From NCBI GenBank assembly GCA_950097015.1, contig CATNEN010000005.1, forward strand, positions 2,542,001-2,606,000: a DNA stretch of 64,000 nt. Reading direction: 5' to 3'. Numbering within the stretch: position 1 is the first letter of the stretch; every line of letters starts with the position of its first letter. This DNA is from Macrostomum hystrix. Its lineage: Eukaryota > Animalia > Platyhelminthes. The position numbers and the translations under genes are program-made. Shown here one piece after another: positions 36,701-49,312 of this stretch. The notes under the pieces are model-generated. The model was not told where the DNA came from, made no database searches, and saw only the letters and a list, made by a program, of their open reading frames with translations.

Positions 36701-39301
36701 ACACCTCAGTCCGTCAGCCTAAATTTGTTATTCTGTCGCTCTACAGATTGGGCCTTTTTCGCAAGGACCAATAGAAGAATATGGACGGGACACTACGTTT
36801 CTTGGAAAAGTTATTAAAGGCAGATTTTCACAGAAGATGCACTAGCAAGATAGAAAATTTTTCACTCTTTCACATTAAAATGTTGATAACTTTTTATTGG
36901 AAGCATATACAATTATGTTCTTTTAATATGCGAACCATCTCAGAAAGCATGTTGCTTTAACGAGTTTAAGAAAGCATCATTTAATTTTATGTCTGATTGG
37001 CTGCTATTGTGCGTCATAATAAACAAGCGAAAATTAAATAAAGATCAACTAGCCTATTGATCTAGGGCGGATAGCTCAGTCAGTAAGGTGTCGGACTCTG
37101 GATCAGATGGTCCTGGGTTCGACTCCCGACCTAGTCTAGAACTATTCGTGCAGCCTTTGGCAAGCTGCTTTGCCCTGATGTGCGCACAGTCTACTCAGCT
37201 GCAAATGACTACCGACATTTCGTCGTGTAATAATAATTCCGGCTGGCGTGGAATAAAGCAGTTCTGTGCGGCAAATCTGTGGGGTTTGGATGCTGCCGAT
37301 ATGTTTGGAAAAAAAATTCCATTGCTGACACGCGGCTGTCAACCGGTGTCCGAGAGAGCCGGGGAGTACAATAGGTGTGCAGTCCCCACCTGCTAGTGTG
37401 CCTACACACAACACCTGCACTGGCCCTTGGGTCTAGTGTCATTATTATTATTATTAACTATTGATGAATGACAGCTTTCTAAAATTGGTTGAAGCGACAT
37501 GTTTTACAAGTTATATTAAAATGAACAGCATTGGATCAGCTTCCAGTGAAAAGTTATCAGCATTTTAATGTGAAGAAGTGAAAGAATTCCTATCTCGCTA
37601 CTCTACTGCATTTTTCCTTGAAAATCTGCCTTCAATAATTTTTCCAAGAAACAAACTATCCCATCCTTGCTTTTTCGCTGCTTGAAAAGTAGCGAATGTC
37701 AGCCTGAGAACAAACACATCGGAAACAGTCACGATCGCCTATGCTAATCAGTTATAATAATAATAATTTATTACACCTGCCCCAATTGGGTCAGATGTGC
37801 AGCCGACAGCACAGCCGCAGCTATTGCGCGGCGCATCTGAAGGCTGCGTACAGCTGTTCAGTCCATGGACTGGGGGGACGCCACACCCACCTTCAATTAT
37901 CCCAGCTGATGCTGGTACTCATTTAACAGCTGGGTGAACTGAAGCAATGCAGAGTTAAGTGTCTTGCTAAAGGACGCAAATTGTTCCAGTGGAGTCGGGA
38001 ATCGAACCCCCGACCTTCAAGTCGTGAGTCCGACGCCCTAACCACTAGGCTACAACCTCTTTTAATCACTTAATTTGTGTTATTTCATTTCATTTCCAGT
38101 CATTTCCGAATTTCCGAGTCGTTTCCGAAAATTCCTATTTTAGACTGTATATAAAAGGCGATACACAATGGACTCAATTTATCGGAGTTTGAACAACAAG
38201 ATGCACAAAACTGAACGAACTTTGCAGCAATACTATACCTGAGCGATCAGTTTCAGGATTGGAGAAATCAGTCTGCTGTTGTTGAGCAGCATGAGTCATC
38301 AGCTGGAACACTCCGTTGCGAAATCTGCCAACAGCCGCCGAGTGTAGAATGGGCAGTCCTACTGAGCATCGGCGCTTCAAGTTCTGCGGCCTGGCAGAGC
38401 GCAGTTCGTCGGCTCGCTCCACACTGACAATGTCTGGCGCTGAGCTGTTGTTGCTGTGGTTGTTGTCGTAGGCTACCGGGGCCGAGGTAGATGTTTCCAG
38501 AGCAGCGGCGACTGCCTCAGCCATTGCCCTACCGTTGCTGCTGGAATAGTTTGTCATTGCAATGCCTCCATTCTCTTGTCTGGCTTCGGCGTTAGCGGCG
38601 TCGGTTGCATCGACGCCTGCGGCAGCCACCTCAGGTTGACGTCGTCTAGCGGAGGCGATGAGGGAACGAACTCGAGCTTCCAGTTGTTCGTTGAATTTCA
38701 TGAAGATCACGTAGGCCGCATAGCAGGCTAGGAGGGCCACGGACTCGTACCAGTCGATGCGAGAGTCCTTGAAGGCGATTGTGAGCAGGGTCAGTGACAG
38801 CATGTAGAAGCAGCAGTCGCGGAACAATGGCCACCACGTGAGCTGCAGGACTCCCTTGGAGAAGAATGCGCACATGCTCAGCACGAATAGAATGTTAAAC
38901 ACGGCACTGCCAACGATTGTGCCGATGCCGACGTCGCTAACGGACACGAAGGCGCCCAGGAATGAGGTGGCCAGCTCGGGCGCGGAGCCGCCGGCCGCCA
39001 TGAAGGTGGCACCGGCTACATCGTTTGAGATGCGCAGTCGCCTAGTGATGACAGACAGGCTAGGCACAAAGAACTCGTCGCACACAATGGCCAGAGCGCA
39101 GAACATGTAGAGCAGGCCGATGCAGTGAAGCACAATGGCTCCGCGGTTTTTCTGCTCACAGGTGAAGACGTCGCGTGGGTACTCACCGGTGGCTTCGCTG
39201 TCATTGCAATGAATCGACGGGTCGTGACTTTTTCCCGGCGCTGCAGTTGTTTTCTGCATGACCACCGCGATGACGACAGCAACGAGTACAGTGGAGGACA
39301 T
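30710..39301 (-). CDS. SLC24A: K+-dependent Na+/Ca2+ exchanger (NCKX/SLC24 family), 650 aa; exons 39301-38239, 34536-34280, 32586-32464, 31725-31606, 31099-30710
   Basis: Alpha-1 repeat ([43 protein letters not shown]) and alpha-2 repeat ([41 protein letters not shown]) typical of NCKX. All five exons join in phase with canonical GT-AG. Confidence 0.93.
31190..31535. repeat. Degenerate 16-17-bp repeat CTGAAGTTT(T)ATCCTC (intronic)
   Basis: Tandem copies decaying toward the right. Confidence 0.85.
31840..32000. repeat. 57-bp repeat x3, each copy carrying CTGATTGGCT (CCAAT box)
   Basis: Three near-identical units. Confidence 0.85.
32695..33630. repeat. 33-bp minisatellite GATAGACAGGTGAATAGAATGATGTAACTCGTG with an inverted block and a central (AATAG)n tract
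   Basis: Reverse-complement units at 32730-32890, (AATAG)n at about 32896-32948, forward units at about 32945-33625. Confidence 0.93.
34035..34135 (+). mobile_element. SINE family C, internal fragment
   Basis: CTGCCTGACGATGAGAAAGTCAGGG.AGATGTACACACCTGTGTGAG..CTCAGGAGTCAG is the reverse complement of about 13668-13764. Confidence 0.65.
35010..35215 (-). mobile_element. SINE family C, diverged 5' portion
   Basis: Aligns with 13730-13920 (GCCTCGCC.CGGA.TCGAGCTCAGG, AATTGC.CGACAAGCC). Confidence 0.55.
35265..35660 (+). mobile_element. tRNA-derived SINE, family B, with 18-bp target-site duplication
   Basis: Head GGGCGGATAGCTCAGTCAGTAAGG..GGTTCGACTCC and (ATT)n tail. TTATTACATGACGTTTCA occurs at both 35229-35246 and 35657-35674. 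Confidence 0.88.
37065..37456 (+). mobile_element. tRNA-derived SINE, family B (second copy)
   Basis: High identity to 35265-35660 along its full length. Possible CTATTGAT TSD. Confidence 0.85.
37753..38059 (-). mobile_element. tRNA-derived SINE, family A (inverted copy)
   Basis: Reverse complement of 40368-40690 with few substitutions, including the tail. Confidence 0.85.
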
Positions 39302-40367
39302 TGCTGATAAATCGCGGCTTCGCAATATTGAAGTGCTGTTAATTAATTCTTTTCTTCTATACACTTTAATAAGCCTTGTACTCTTTCATGAGGGTCTTCC
39401 TGGTCTGCTTTAATGATTTGCTTACCGCCCAGCAGCCGCTGTCGACTCTCCTAGCCCTCCTATGGTTGCGCCTAATCTTTTATGCTCGTCAGGAGCTAAT
39501 CCACTGGATAGCTTTTTTTCGCTTCCCCACCAGCGACGGTCCTTGTGCCCTACCCATGCATGTGCATCTTTACTAGGTTTAATCATTCTTATTTTCGCCT
39601 TGTGTCCTTCTAGAATCCACGAGCGTGCGTCCGATTGGTCCCTAGGATGTTCGATCATCTTCCCTGATTCTCTTCTCGGGGGGGGGATCTGAGGATTCGG
39701 CATTTTCACCTGTCTACTTTACCGGATGGGGTACCGGGGGAGGGTCTGGTCGGCGGTCGTCTCAATTTTCTTTCTCCCCGTTTCCCTGTCTCTACACTTT
39801 GTTAAGTAGCGAGTCGTGACAACCCAGCTCTCCCTTTTCTGCCTGCCCGCCTGTCATTTGCGAAGTGACCGAAATTAGTATTTTAGCTATGCGAGCAGGA
39901 AAAAGGCATAGCAGTGTATTACACGAGGCCAGGAATTCAAGCAAAATGATTGGACTAGGCTAGACATGAAGCTTGGTTAAGCCTTTAAACACTGTGCTCG
40001 TTTCTCGGCAGGACTCGCTCGAACAAAGTTGGGTCTACTAAAAACCACGTAGCACGCATTTTGTGCTTCGTATTTGGTTGCGTAGATTTAGTGTCAAAAA
40101 TGCTGGAAATCACGCGATACCCTAAAACTACAACCCAGAAATGGAAATGGATTTGCGGCAAAGAGGTTCATTTTTGATTGTCAGTTGCGCGTGAAATTAA
40201 ATACATGCATGATACAGATCTCTGACCACGATTTTGTGATGCAACGTGAAGAGTTATTGCTTTCATTTATTTTTGTTCGTTCATTTAATTAACTTTGACC
40301 TGCTCTCTACAGAATATATCTTCTACATATGCATTTTTTGAAAAATATTAGCGAACTATAATTTAAA

Positions 40368-40690
40368 GAGGTTGTAGCCTAGTGGTTAGGGCGTCGGACT
40401 CACGACTTGAAGGTCGGTGGTTCGATTCCCGTCTCCACTTAAACAATTTGTGTCCTTTAGCAAGACACTTAACTCTGCATTGCTTCAGTTCACCCAGCTG
40501 TTAAATGGGTACCAGCATCAGCTGGGATAATTGAAGGTGGGTGTGGGGTCCCCCCAGTCCATGGACTGAACAGCCGTACGCAGCCTTCAGATGCGCCGCG
40601 CAATAGCTGCGGCTGTGCTGTCGGCTGCACATCTGACCCGATTAGGGCAGGTGTAATCGATTATTAATTATTATTATTATTATTATTAAT
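40368..40690 (+). mobile_element. tRNA-derived SINE, family A
   Basis: A box TAGCCTAGTGG, B box GGTTCGATTCC, CORE/V-SINE-like middle (GTGTCCTTTAGCAAGACACTTAAC) and (TTA)n tail. A near-identical inverted copy lies at 37753-38059. Confidence 0.85.
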
Positions 40691-41169
40691 TTAAGTTTTT
40701 GACGAACTCGGCATTCTTTTTATTCTAGTCTGTGCTGATCTCAACAAACAAACAACTGCCTGTACCGAAAATCACTGAGGGGATGCGTTAAAAATAGAAT
40801 CTCGAACGGTTCAGTTGTTTTCTTGTCTGCACTCATTGACAATATCGCGAAGAGGAGATTTGAAGAAGTATGCAAGGAAAAACACTCAATCCCATTCTAA
40901 TGACATTATTGAAATTGTGTTGTCATTTGCTAGCACGTGAAGTGCTTCAGATACTGATAAGTTTCAATATTTCAAAAGACAACAAAACAAAACGGAACAT
41001 TGCACTCCTTGTATTTTGTGCGGTTCTTCATATTATTATTAGCTTCAGGTGATTATCTATGTGAATTTTAGTATATAAGACTAGCAACTAATGCCCCCTT
41101 CGTGGAGCTTAAACATGGATGCAAAAATCTGTGGAAATTACGAAAGTTTTTCAGTCTGTCAAACAATGC

Positions 41170-41710
41170 TACCGCTACCCCCTCGAGTAGCGGTTCATAA
41201 AACCCCTCGATAATTTAGCTATACTCACTGCCCCCTCTAAATAAATCATGCTACCCTCGCTAAATCATTCTACCCTCACAATAAATTATGCTGCCCCCCT
41301 CGAAAATGTATGCTAGCCCCTCGAAAATTTATGCTACCCCTCGATAATTCCTGCTTCTCCTCGATAATTCCTGCTTCCCCTCGATAATTTCAATTCCTCC
41401 CCGTCGATAATTCCTGCTTCCCCTCGATAATTCCTGCTTCCCCTCGATAATTCGTGCTTCCCCTCGATAATTCCTGCTTCCCCTCGATAATTCCTGCTTC
41501 CCCTCGATAATTTCTTCTAGGTCCCCTCGATAAATCATTCTACCCCCCGATAAACCATGCTAGCCCTTCGATAAATTATGCTACCCCTTTGATAATTCAA
41601 GCGACGTACCCGCTCGACAGTTTGCACCAAACCTCGATAAATCAAGCTTCCCCCCGATAAATCATGCTACCCCTCTATAAATAACGACAATTAGCACTAC
41701 ATCTCGATAA
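41170..41710. repeat. Degenerate 20-bp repeat TTCCTGCTTCCCCTCGATAA
   Basis: Homogeneous centre with decayed flanks. Confidence 0.85.
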
Positions 41711-43790
41711 TTTACTCAAAGGCCGATAATACACAAGGACACAAGGACGATAATAAGTATCTACTCCTAGAGGTCCTTGATTGGTGGCTGACGAATCGAA
41801 ACGTAACTCCATATGCCTCCGCTAAGTTGTTTTAGTCATTTTGTCATAAAATTTACGTTTTTGTTTAAGGGATCGGTGGTTTATTCTTTGACATATTTTA
41901 AAACTAGGACCTACAGGCGTTTCTGAATTGTTTTACTGAAGTTAGATAAATAACTTTAGATGCGAAATATCGAATTGACCAGTTTTTTAATCTTAATCTG
42001 CAATCGCGGGAGGGGTGTCTTGTTTGAAATCCTGGGCTCGACTGTTGGTCATCACCTGTCACATTTCCTTTAGTTATAACTTGGAATAGGGCCTATGACA
42101 ATTTGGATTGGCCCCTACTGCAAGGTTGATTTATTTGTTTAATTATGTAAACGTAACCAGTCTAACCTAAGACAAGAGCAGTAGATAGGTCTCACGATAC
42201 AGTGTATATGATCGCTAAGCGTTGAAATAGTCCTGTAAAGAAATTTCATTAAAATGTATTTTATTTGTAGGATTTATCCATTTTTGTAGACCTTCAAACA
42301 ATAGCACCATAGCCATTCTATTTTATTATAATAGTTGTCTATTATTTTATTATTTTATTTTCAAACCGACAAATAACTTAAAATTTCCATTTAGTAGGGT
42401 TCTATCACCAAGTTTTTTAGGAAAAAATGACTGAAAAAGTAGGCTAACATTTTGTTTGTTGAGAGATGCAAGGTGAATAGGCCTATTTGCCAACTTAACT
42501 TGAAGTCTTGGACAAAGGCCTTTTACTGCAAATACATGAAAATATGAACAAGATTTTTAGTATTTTTGGTATGCTAGATAAAAGGCTAGGCCCTAATGTA
42601 TCACTGTATCAGTAATATCTGTGACTGTTACCTGCTGGGACTCAACTCCGACATTTTGCAAACTGTTGGTTCAATTTTGGACGGAAATTCACACAAAATG
42701 TAATTTCGACCCAATTTTGAACCATTTTAGAGCTGAATTTCATCTGCACTGTGTTGGATCAAAATTGGCTAACTAGGCCTATCGGGAAAGTTTTGGATCA
42801 ATTCTTCCACAACTCTCACTTGAATTTCATTCCTCGTTTAAACTTTAATGCTTAAACAGTTTTTTACCTTGCTTTGGCTACCAGTTGCTGAGCATGCAAT
42901 CAACAGGAATACAGATTATATTTTCTGACAGTTCTTAGTATTTATTATAAACAAGTGCCATTATAATTAGGCCTACACTAACAAAATAACTGTGAGCAGT
43001 GCAAAAAATCTGAACAGTGTCCTGATTGTGACATGATCTTGTCTACAGTCTTAACTTTTTTGCCTTTGGGTACGCAGATCGAATTAGGCAATTTTCTAAG
43101 TTTGCTATTTCTACATGAGTTTCATACTACTTTTCAGATTCCCTCCTAGTTAAAATGCCAACTAGAGCCTCTATTTGATAAGCATGTACATGTACAGATG
43201 AATATTGATGAAAATCAGATGGATAGGCCTATACATTGTCATATTTCTACACAGGTGAAAGTTGCAGTTGTTGTTACAGTTTTTTTGAAAAATTGATGAG
43301 TTGTCAATTTTTTTCGGGCAGATTTTTTTACTTTTTGTCCAACAAAAACCAATGAAAATTGTATGAAGATAAATGTTGATCCGTTTTTCATATTTTGTTT
43401 GCAACTTTTGTCTCATTTCCAAGAGTTCTTGCAACACATTTTATCACTTTCTCATTATTTATATTTATAGAGCTTAATATATACTATATGCATGCATATC
43501 ATTGTCTTGGTTAAGCTTTTAGATGATTGATTTGTTCTCACTTGAGTTCTAAAAAAGCTCTCCAAGTTAAGGTTAGAGAGCTAACAGCCTTACTCAAGAT
43601 CTTTTATTAAAAGAAAAGGGGCTTCAGAACCTTACTCAAATATCATGGTTAGATGAATACAGGCTATTAGCCTTATTCAACCATTAAAGCTTGAAGTCTG
43701 AGGGTTCAGAACAAGTTGTATGTTTTAATAAACAAATGAAGTGCAGATAAAGCAATAGAAAAGTAAAAAAATTAAAATAATTTCAGAAAA

Positions 43791-46700
43791 ATGGAACTTG
43801 AGGCTAATCACAAGCAACTAATTAAATGTAAGAGAATCTGCTTCATAAACTATGTTGTCAATATGCATTTTTATAAACTCAAATTTAGTGCACAAACAAA
43901 CAATTTTAGTGTGTGCATCCACTGAACTGCCACAACCTGGAGAGCTTCAACCAGCATATGATGAGCTGACTGTCACTTTAAATAAGCTCATTGAGGTTGA
44001 AGGAGGTAAGAACATTATTAGCTATTTTACATATCTACCATAGTCGTTTTGATTAGATTCCTAATGTTAGTGTAAATCCCAGATCCTTTAATTATAATAC
44101 ATATTTCCAGATTCTCACATATTCCCTCAGACATTCCCAGATTTCTAGTGTAGCTGACTTGCTACAAATGTTGCTAGTTGAGTTCAAGAGTCTGCAAAAG
44201 ATTGTGCTTGTTTATTTAGTTTTGTCGTGGGGTTACATTTAAATCTTAACCAGGCGACTGTACCTAACAATAACAAGGGTCATAGACAAATTAGCAGTAA
44301 GGGGGGCAATAAAAGTACCATTTGAATCTTTAAATATTAAGAGTTAAAAAAAGAAGTGAATTTGCTGCTAGATCTTAAAACTACATTACTCATTTTCAGA
44401 TTCAGAAATTAAATCCCACATCTCAAGATTCTGACATTAAATTCCAAGTTTTCAGATTCAGATATAAAATCCCACATTTCCAGATTCTGACATTAAATCC
44501 CACATTTCCAGATTCAGATATAAAATCCCACATTTCCAGATCCTTACATTAAATCCCACATTTCCAGATTCTCACATTAAATCCCACATTTCCAGATTCT
44601 CACATTAAATCCCAAATTTCCAGATTCTCACATTAAATCCCACATTTCCAGATTCTCACATTAAATCCCACATTTCCAGATTCTCACATTAAATCCCACA
44701 TTTCCAGATTCTGACATTAAATCCCACATTTCCAGATCCTGACATTAAATCCCACATTTCCAGATTCAGACATTAAATCCCACATTTCCAGATTCTGACA
44801 TTAAATCCCACATTTCCAGATTCTGACATTAAATTCCACATTTCCAGATTCTGACATTAAATCCCACATTTCCAGATTCAGACATTAAATCCCACATTTC
44901 CAGATTCAGACATTAAATCCCACATTTCCAGATTCTGACATTAAATTCCACATTTCCAGATTCTGACATTAAATCCCACATTTCCAGATTCAGACATTAA
45001 ATCCCACATTTCCAGATTCAGACATTAAATCTCACATTTCCAGATTCTGACATAAAATCCCACATTTCCAGATTCAGACATTAAATCCCACATTTCCAGA
45101 TCCTGACATTAAATGCCACATTTTCAGATTCTGACATTAAATCCCACATTTCCAGATGATTTTATTTCGCATATCTCAATAACTCCCACGCTTTAATTCA
45201 TGTTTTAGACTGGCACTTTACAACCGTCATTGACGATTCCCAGCGTCTAAAACTGTTGGCTAATCTAAGCAGAAAAATTGCCAATTCAAATGGCGGCTAT
45301 GTTGATGATTGTGTCGGCTTTGCCAGCTTTCCTAATGAGGGTATTGGACTGCGCGCTGAGTCTGATGTTAAGGTGCGAAATATCAGCTATTTAATACTAT
45401 GTATGGATTCGTTTGAAAATGCAAATTTACTATAGTAATTATAATAATATTAATATTTGCAGGAGGGCTATGGGCAATGGCGAATCATTTGGTGACACTA
45501 GACCCGCAGCCAGCGAGGAGGCAATTCTGCCCATTTCGCTGACTCCTGAGTCACTCACGTGTGTACACCTGCACTGATTTTCTTATCTTCAGTCAGTGTA
45601 CACTCTCGTTAATTGCACGATGGCGTTAATTGCACGAAAAGTCCATCGTGCTGATGCTAATAGTTGTGTTACAAAACCGGGAAAATTTTAAGTAGATAAG
45701 TAGACTAAATTGCATTTTTGCGTAAATTTCAAGCCTTTTTTTACAGTGGTATATTGATGTTTGACAATGTTAGGTAAACGGTAGGAATAACTATGTTCAT
45801 ATTGGCATAGTTAAATGCTTCGTCATCTTATTAGTAATCCAGTCAGTTGAAACTAAACATGCCTGCTATATTTCAGGCTGGCCAGTTGCTATTGAAGATT
45901 GGTCGCAATCAGATGCTAACTCAATCTGACGCATTGAATTGTACCGCCTGGCAGGCTAGTCGGCTCTCATTGGACGCAATGTGTCAGCGAATGCCAAACG
46001 CTTGCCTAGCGCTTTACCTGCTTCATCACAAATTGTTAGGCAATGAATCTAATCACGCTGATTACATTCACTGCCTGCCAACTAGTTCAACTTCGGCTGT
46101 TTGTTTAACTTTAACTTCTGAGAATTTCAGTCTGCTATCTAGTCAGCTTGTGCTCAGAGAAAGAATATTTACTGAGTTGCGCAATTGTTGCAAACAGTAT
46201 TTGTACTTTTATAGAGTACTGTCTCAGTTAAATATTGTTGGAGACGAGTTAAAACAATCCATGCCGTTAATTAAGCCCGGTAATTTCACCTTTGCCGCTT
46301 ATCGCTGGGCCGTTGCTATGGTAATGTCACGCAACAATGTCGTCCCGTTGGGTGGCGAAGATGGCGATTCTACTGCAGCTGGCACTCTTGGATTGGTCCC
46401 GCTGTGGGACATGGGCAATCATCGATTTGGACAGGTCTGTGCTGTACTTGTACTCTTGCTCTTTATATGTTGAATGATGCAATCAGCTGCTTTCTGATTG
46501 TCCAGTTTTAGATAGGGATTATTATTTGTGTAGTTCGGATTATCAATTTCAGGTTAGATTAGATTAAGGTTGTCAGGAGGTTAGATGGGGTTATAAGTTG
46601 TCAGTTTGGATGGGATTATTATTGTCAGGCTAGATGGGATTATTATTGTCAGGCTAGATGGGATTATTATTGTCAGGCTAGATGGGATTATTATTGTCAG

Positions 46701-48934
46701 GTTAGATGAGATTATTATTGTCAGGTTAGATGGGATTATTATTGTCAGGCTAGATGGGATTATTATTGTCAGGTTAGATGCGATTCTAGATGGGATTATT
46801 ATTTTCAGGCTAGATGGGATTATTATTGTCAGGTTAGATGAGATTATTATTGTCAGGTTAGATGGGATTATTATTGTCAGGCTAGATGGGATTATTATTG
46901 TCAGGTTAGATGGGATTATTATTGTCAGACTAGATGGGATTATTATTGTCAGGCTAGATGGGATTATTATTGTCAGGTTAGATGCGATTCTAGATGGGAT
47001 TATTATTTTCAGGCTAGATGGGATTATTATTGTCAGGCTAGATGGGATTATTATTGTCAGACTAGATGGGATTATAATTGTCAGACTAGATGGGATTATT
47101 ATTGTCAGGTTAGATGGGATTATTATTGTCAGGTTAGATGGGATTATTATTGTCAGGCTAGATGGGATTATTATTGTCAGGTTAGATGCGATTCTAGATG
47201 GGATTATTATTTTCAGGCTAGATGGGATTATTATTGTCAGGCTAGATGGGATTATTATTGTCAGACTAGATGGGATTATTATTGTCAGGTTAGATGGGAT
47301 TATTATTGTCAGGCTAGATGGGATTATTATTGTCAGACTAGATGGGATTATTATTGTCAGACTAGATGGGATTATAATTGTCAGACTAGATGGGATTATT
47401 ATTGTCAGACTAGATGGGATTATTATTGTCAGCTTAGATGGGATTATTATTGTCAGGTTAGATGGGATTATTATTGTCAGGCTAGATGGGATTATTATTG
47501 TCAGGTTAGATGCGATTCTAGATGGGATTATTATTTTCAGGCTAGATGGGATTATTATTGTCAGGCTAGATAGGATTATATAGGATAAAAATGCTTCTCA
47601 TAGTATTAGTGAGTCAGATGAAGTTTTGTTCACTTAGCACTACTATCTTGTTCTATGTGGCAGATGTCCACGGACTACTCGCCAGAGGAGCAGTGCCTCC
47701 TGTTCTACGCTATGGAGGACGCGCCGGCTGGCAGTCAGTTGTACTTTATGTACGGCCAGCGCAGCAATGCCAATTTATTTTTATACGCCGGCATTGTCAT
47801 TGGATCTGGCGATAATCCGTACGATTCGGCGGACTTAAAACTCGGGATTAATCCCAAGGATCGGCTTATTGAAGCCAAGGCTAAACAGCTAAATGCGCTG
47901 GGATTAGAGAGGTGTGACCCTGAGTGCACCTTTGATAGCTGCCTAATTGTTGCCGAAGAAAGACATCAGGAGACATCTATCGCCAACATGCTAATTCAAT
48001 GACTACACAACCCGTTAAATTATTCCAACCCCATATCCCGTATCCCACATCCTAATTCCAAAATCCCTCATCCCTTCCAAAATCTCACTCACACCATCCA
48101 AAATCCCACTCATCCCATCCCCAAAATAACATTCATCCCATCCAAAATCCCACTCACCCCTTCCAAAATTCCACTCACACCATCCAAAATCCCACTCATC
48201 CCATCCCCAAAATAACATTCATCCCATCCAAAATCCCACCCACACCATCTAAAATCCCACCCACACCATCCAAAATCCCACTCACCCCATCCCACAACCC
48301 ACACCCTAATTCCATGATCCCACACACCCATCAAACAACCCACACCCTAATTCCATGATCCCACACACCCATCCCACAACCCACACCCTAATTCCATAAT
48401 CCCACACACCCATCTCCCACAACCCACACCCTAATTCCATGATCCCACACACCCATACTGCAACCCACACCCTAATTCCATGATCCCACACACCCATACT
48501 GCAACCCACACCCTAATTCCATGATCCCACACACCCATACTGCAACCCACACCCTAATTCCATGATCCCACACCCATACTGCAACCCAGATCCTAAACCC
48601 GAATTCCCGCAGAAGCCAGCAGTTTCGTCTGCCAGTTTCTGAGCCGCTAACTGCAAGCTTGTTGGCATTCGCCCGCCTGGTATGTGCCCAATCAGAACCC
48701 GAGGTCGCTCTGGCAGTGTCCACAGACTCAACTGACGATGTTGGCAAAGATTTGAATCGTCGAGCTGGCCTATTTCTAGTCAACCGGTGTCGCCTATTAA
48801 GCATGTCCACACCGACTAAGGACGTCGATGGCGCCAATGCTAGCGGGCATTGTCAGAGATTCATTACAGCCGAACGCAACAAATTTGAACGATTGGCTAA
48901 GGTGTTTCAGCAATGGACCGATCAGTTTAATTAA
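43791..48934 (+). CDS. SETD3: Actin-histidine N-methyltransferase SETD3 orthologue, 474 aa; exons 43791-43827, 43910-44005, 45209-45372, 45877-46434, 47664-47911, 48613-48934
   Basis: SET-domain motifs NEGIGLRAESDVK, YRWAVAMVMSRNN, LVPLWDMGNH, LYFMYGQRSNANL and a Rubisco-LSMT substrate-binding-like C-terminus (LKLGINPKDRL, LLAFARL) match SETD3 as I recall it. All junctions are phase-consistent. Confidence 0.88.
44395..45155. repeat. 28-bp minisatellite CCCACATTTCCAGATTCTGACATTAAAT (SETD3 intron 2)
   Basis: Direct tandem copies. Confidence 0.95.
45455..45640 (-). mobile_element. SINE family C, 3' portion, in SETD3 intron 3
   Basis: About 80 nt near-identical to 13600-13680, plus an AT-rich tail. 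Confidence 0.7.
46505..47585. repeat. 24-bp minisatellite GATGGGATTATTATTGTCAGGCTA (SETD3 intron 4)
   Basis: Direct tandem copies with a periodic GATGCGATTCTA insert. Confidence 0.96.
48020..48598. repeat. C/A-rich degenerate minisatellites (SETD3 intron 5)
   Basis: Roughly 21-bp units followed by roughly 42-bp units (CCCTAATTCCATGATCCCACACACCCAT...). Confidence 0.85.
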
Positions 48935-49312
48935 TTTAGCTTTTTGAATTATATCGATTGATCTGTAATTGTTTAATTGAAATCTAAGATTTTGGTATGA
49001 GTATAAAGACTATAAACAGTCTTCCATCAATTTCTTTATTGGGTTAAACACCACCACTCTACTGATGTTTCTTAAGAGAAAAAAACCAAAAGCAAATTCA
49101 CTGCCATAGTTGTACCATTCGTTTTTTACGTGTAATATTTTTGCATGTGTCAATTTTCTCATTTTGCCTTTTTCTACAAGTTGTTTTTTGCACTAGTTAA
49201 ATGTACACTGAAAACTGATTAGAATAATTCTGAGCGATATTCAGAGCTGCTAAGGCCAGTTTTTTTTTCATTTTCTATGCTTTTATTAGAATTCTGTTGA
49301 TCTGAAAATAGA

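Noticed and set aside
40368-40440. tRNA genes (also 16764, 35265, 37065, 37990-38059)
   Set aside because: A/B boxes are present but I found no complete cloverleaf, and the heads continue into SINE bodies and tails.
41788-41805. CTGACGA-ATC-GAAA-CGTA hammerhead-like string
   Set aside because: There is no stem II and no convincing stem I, and it is a single copy.
46606-47583. 325-aa DGIIIVRL ORF
   Set aside because: It is a 24-bp array inside SETD3 intron 4.
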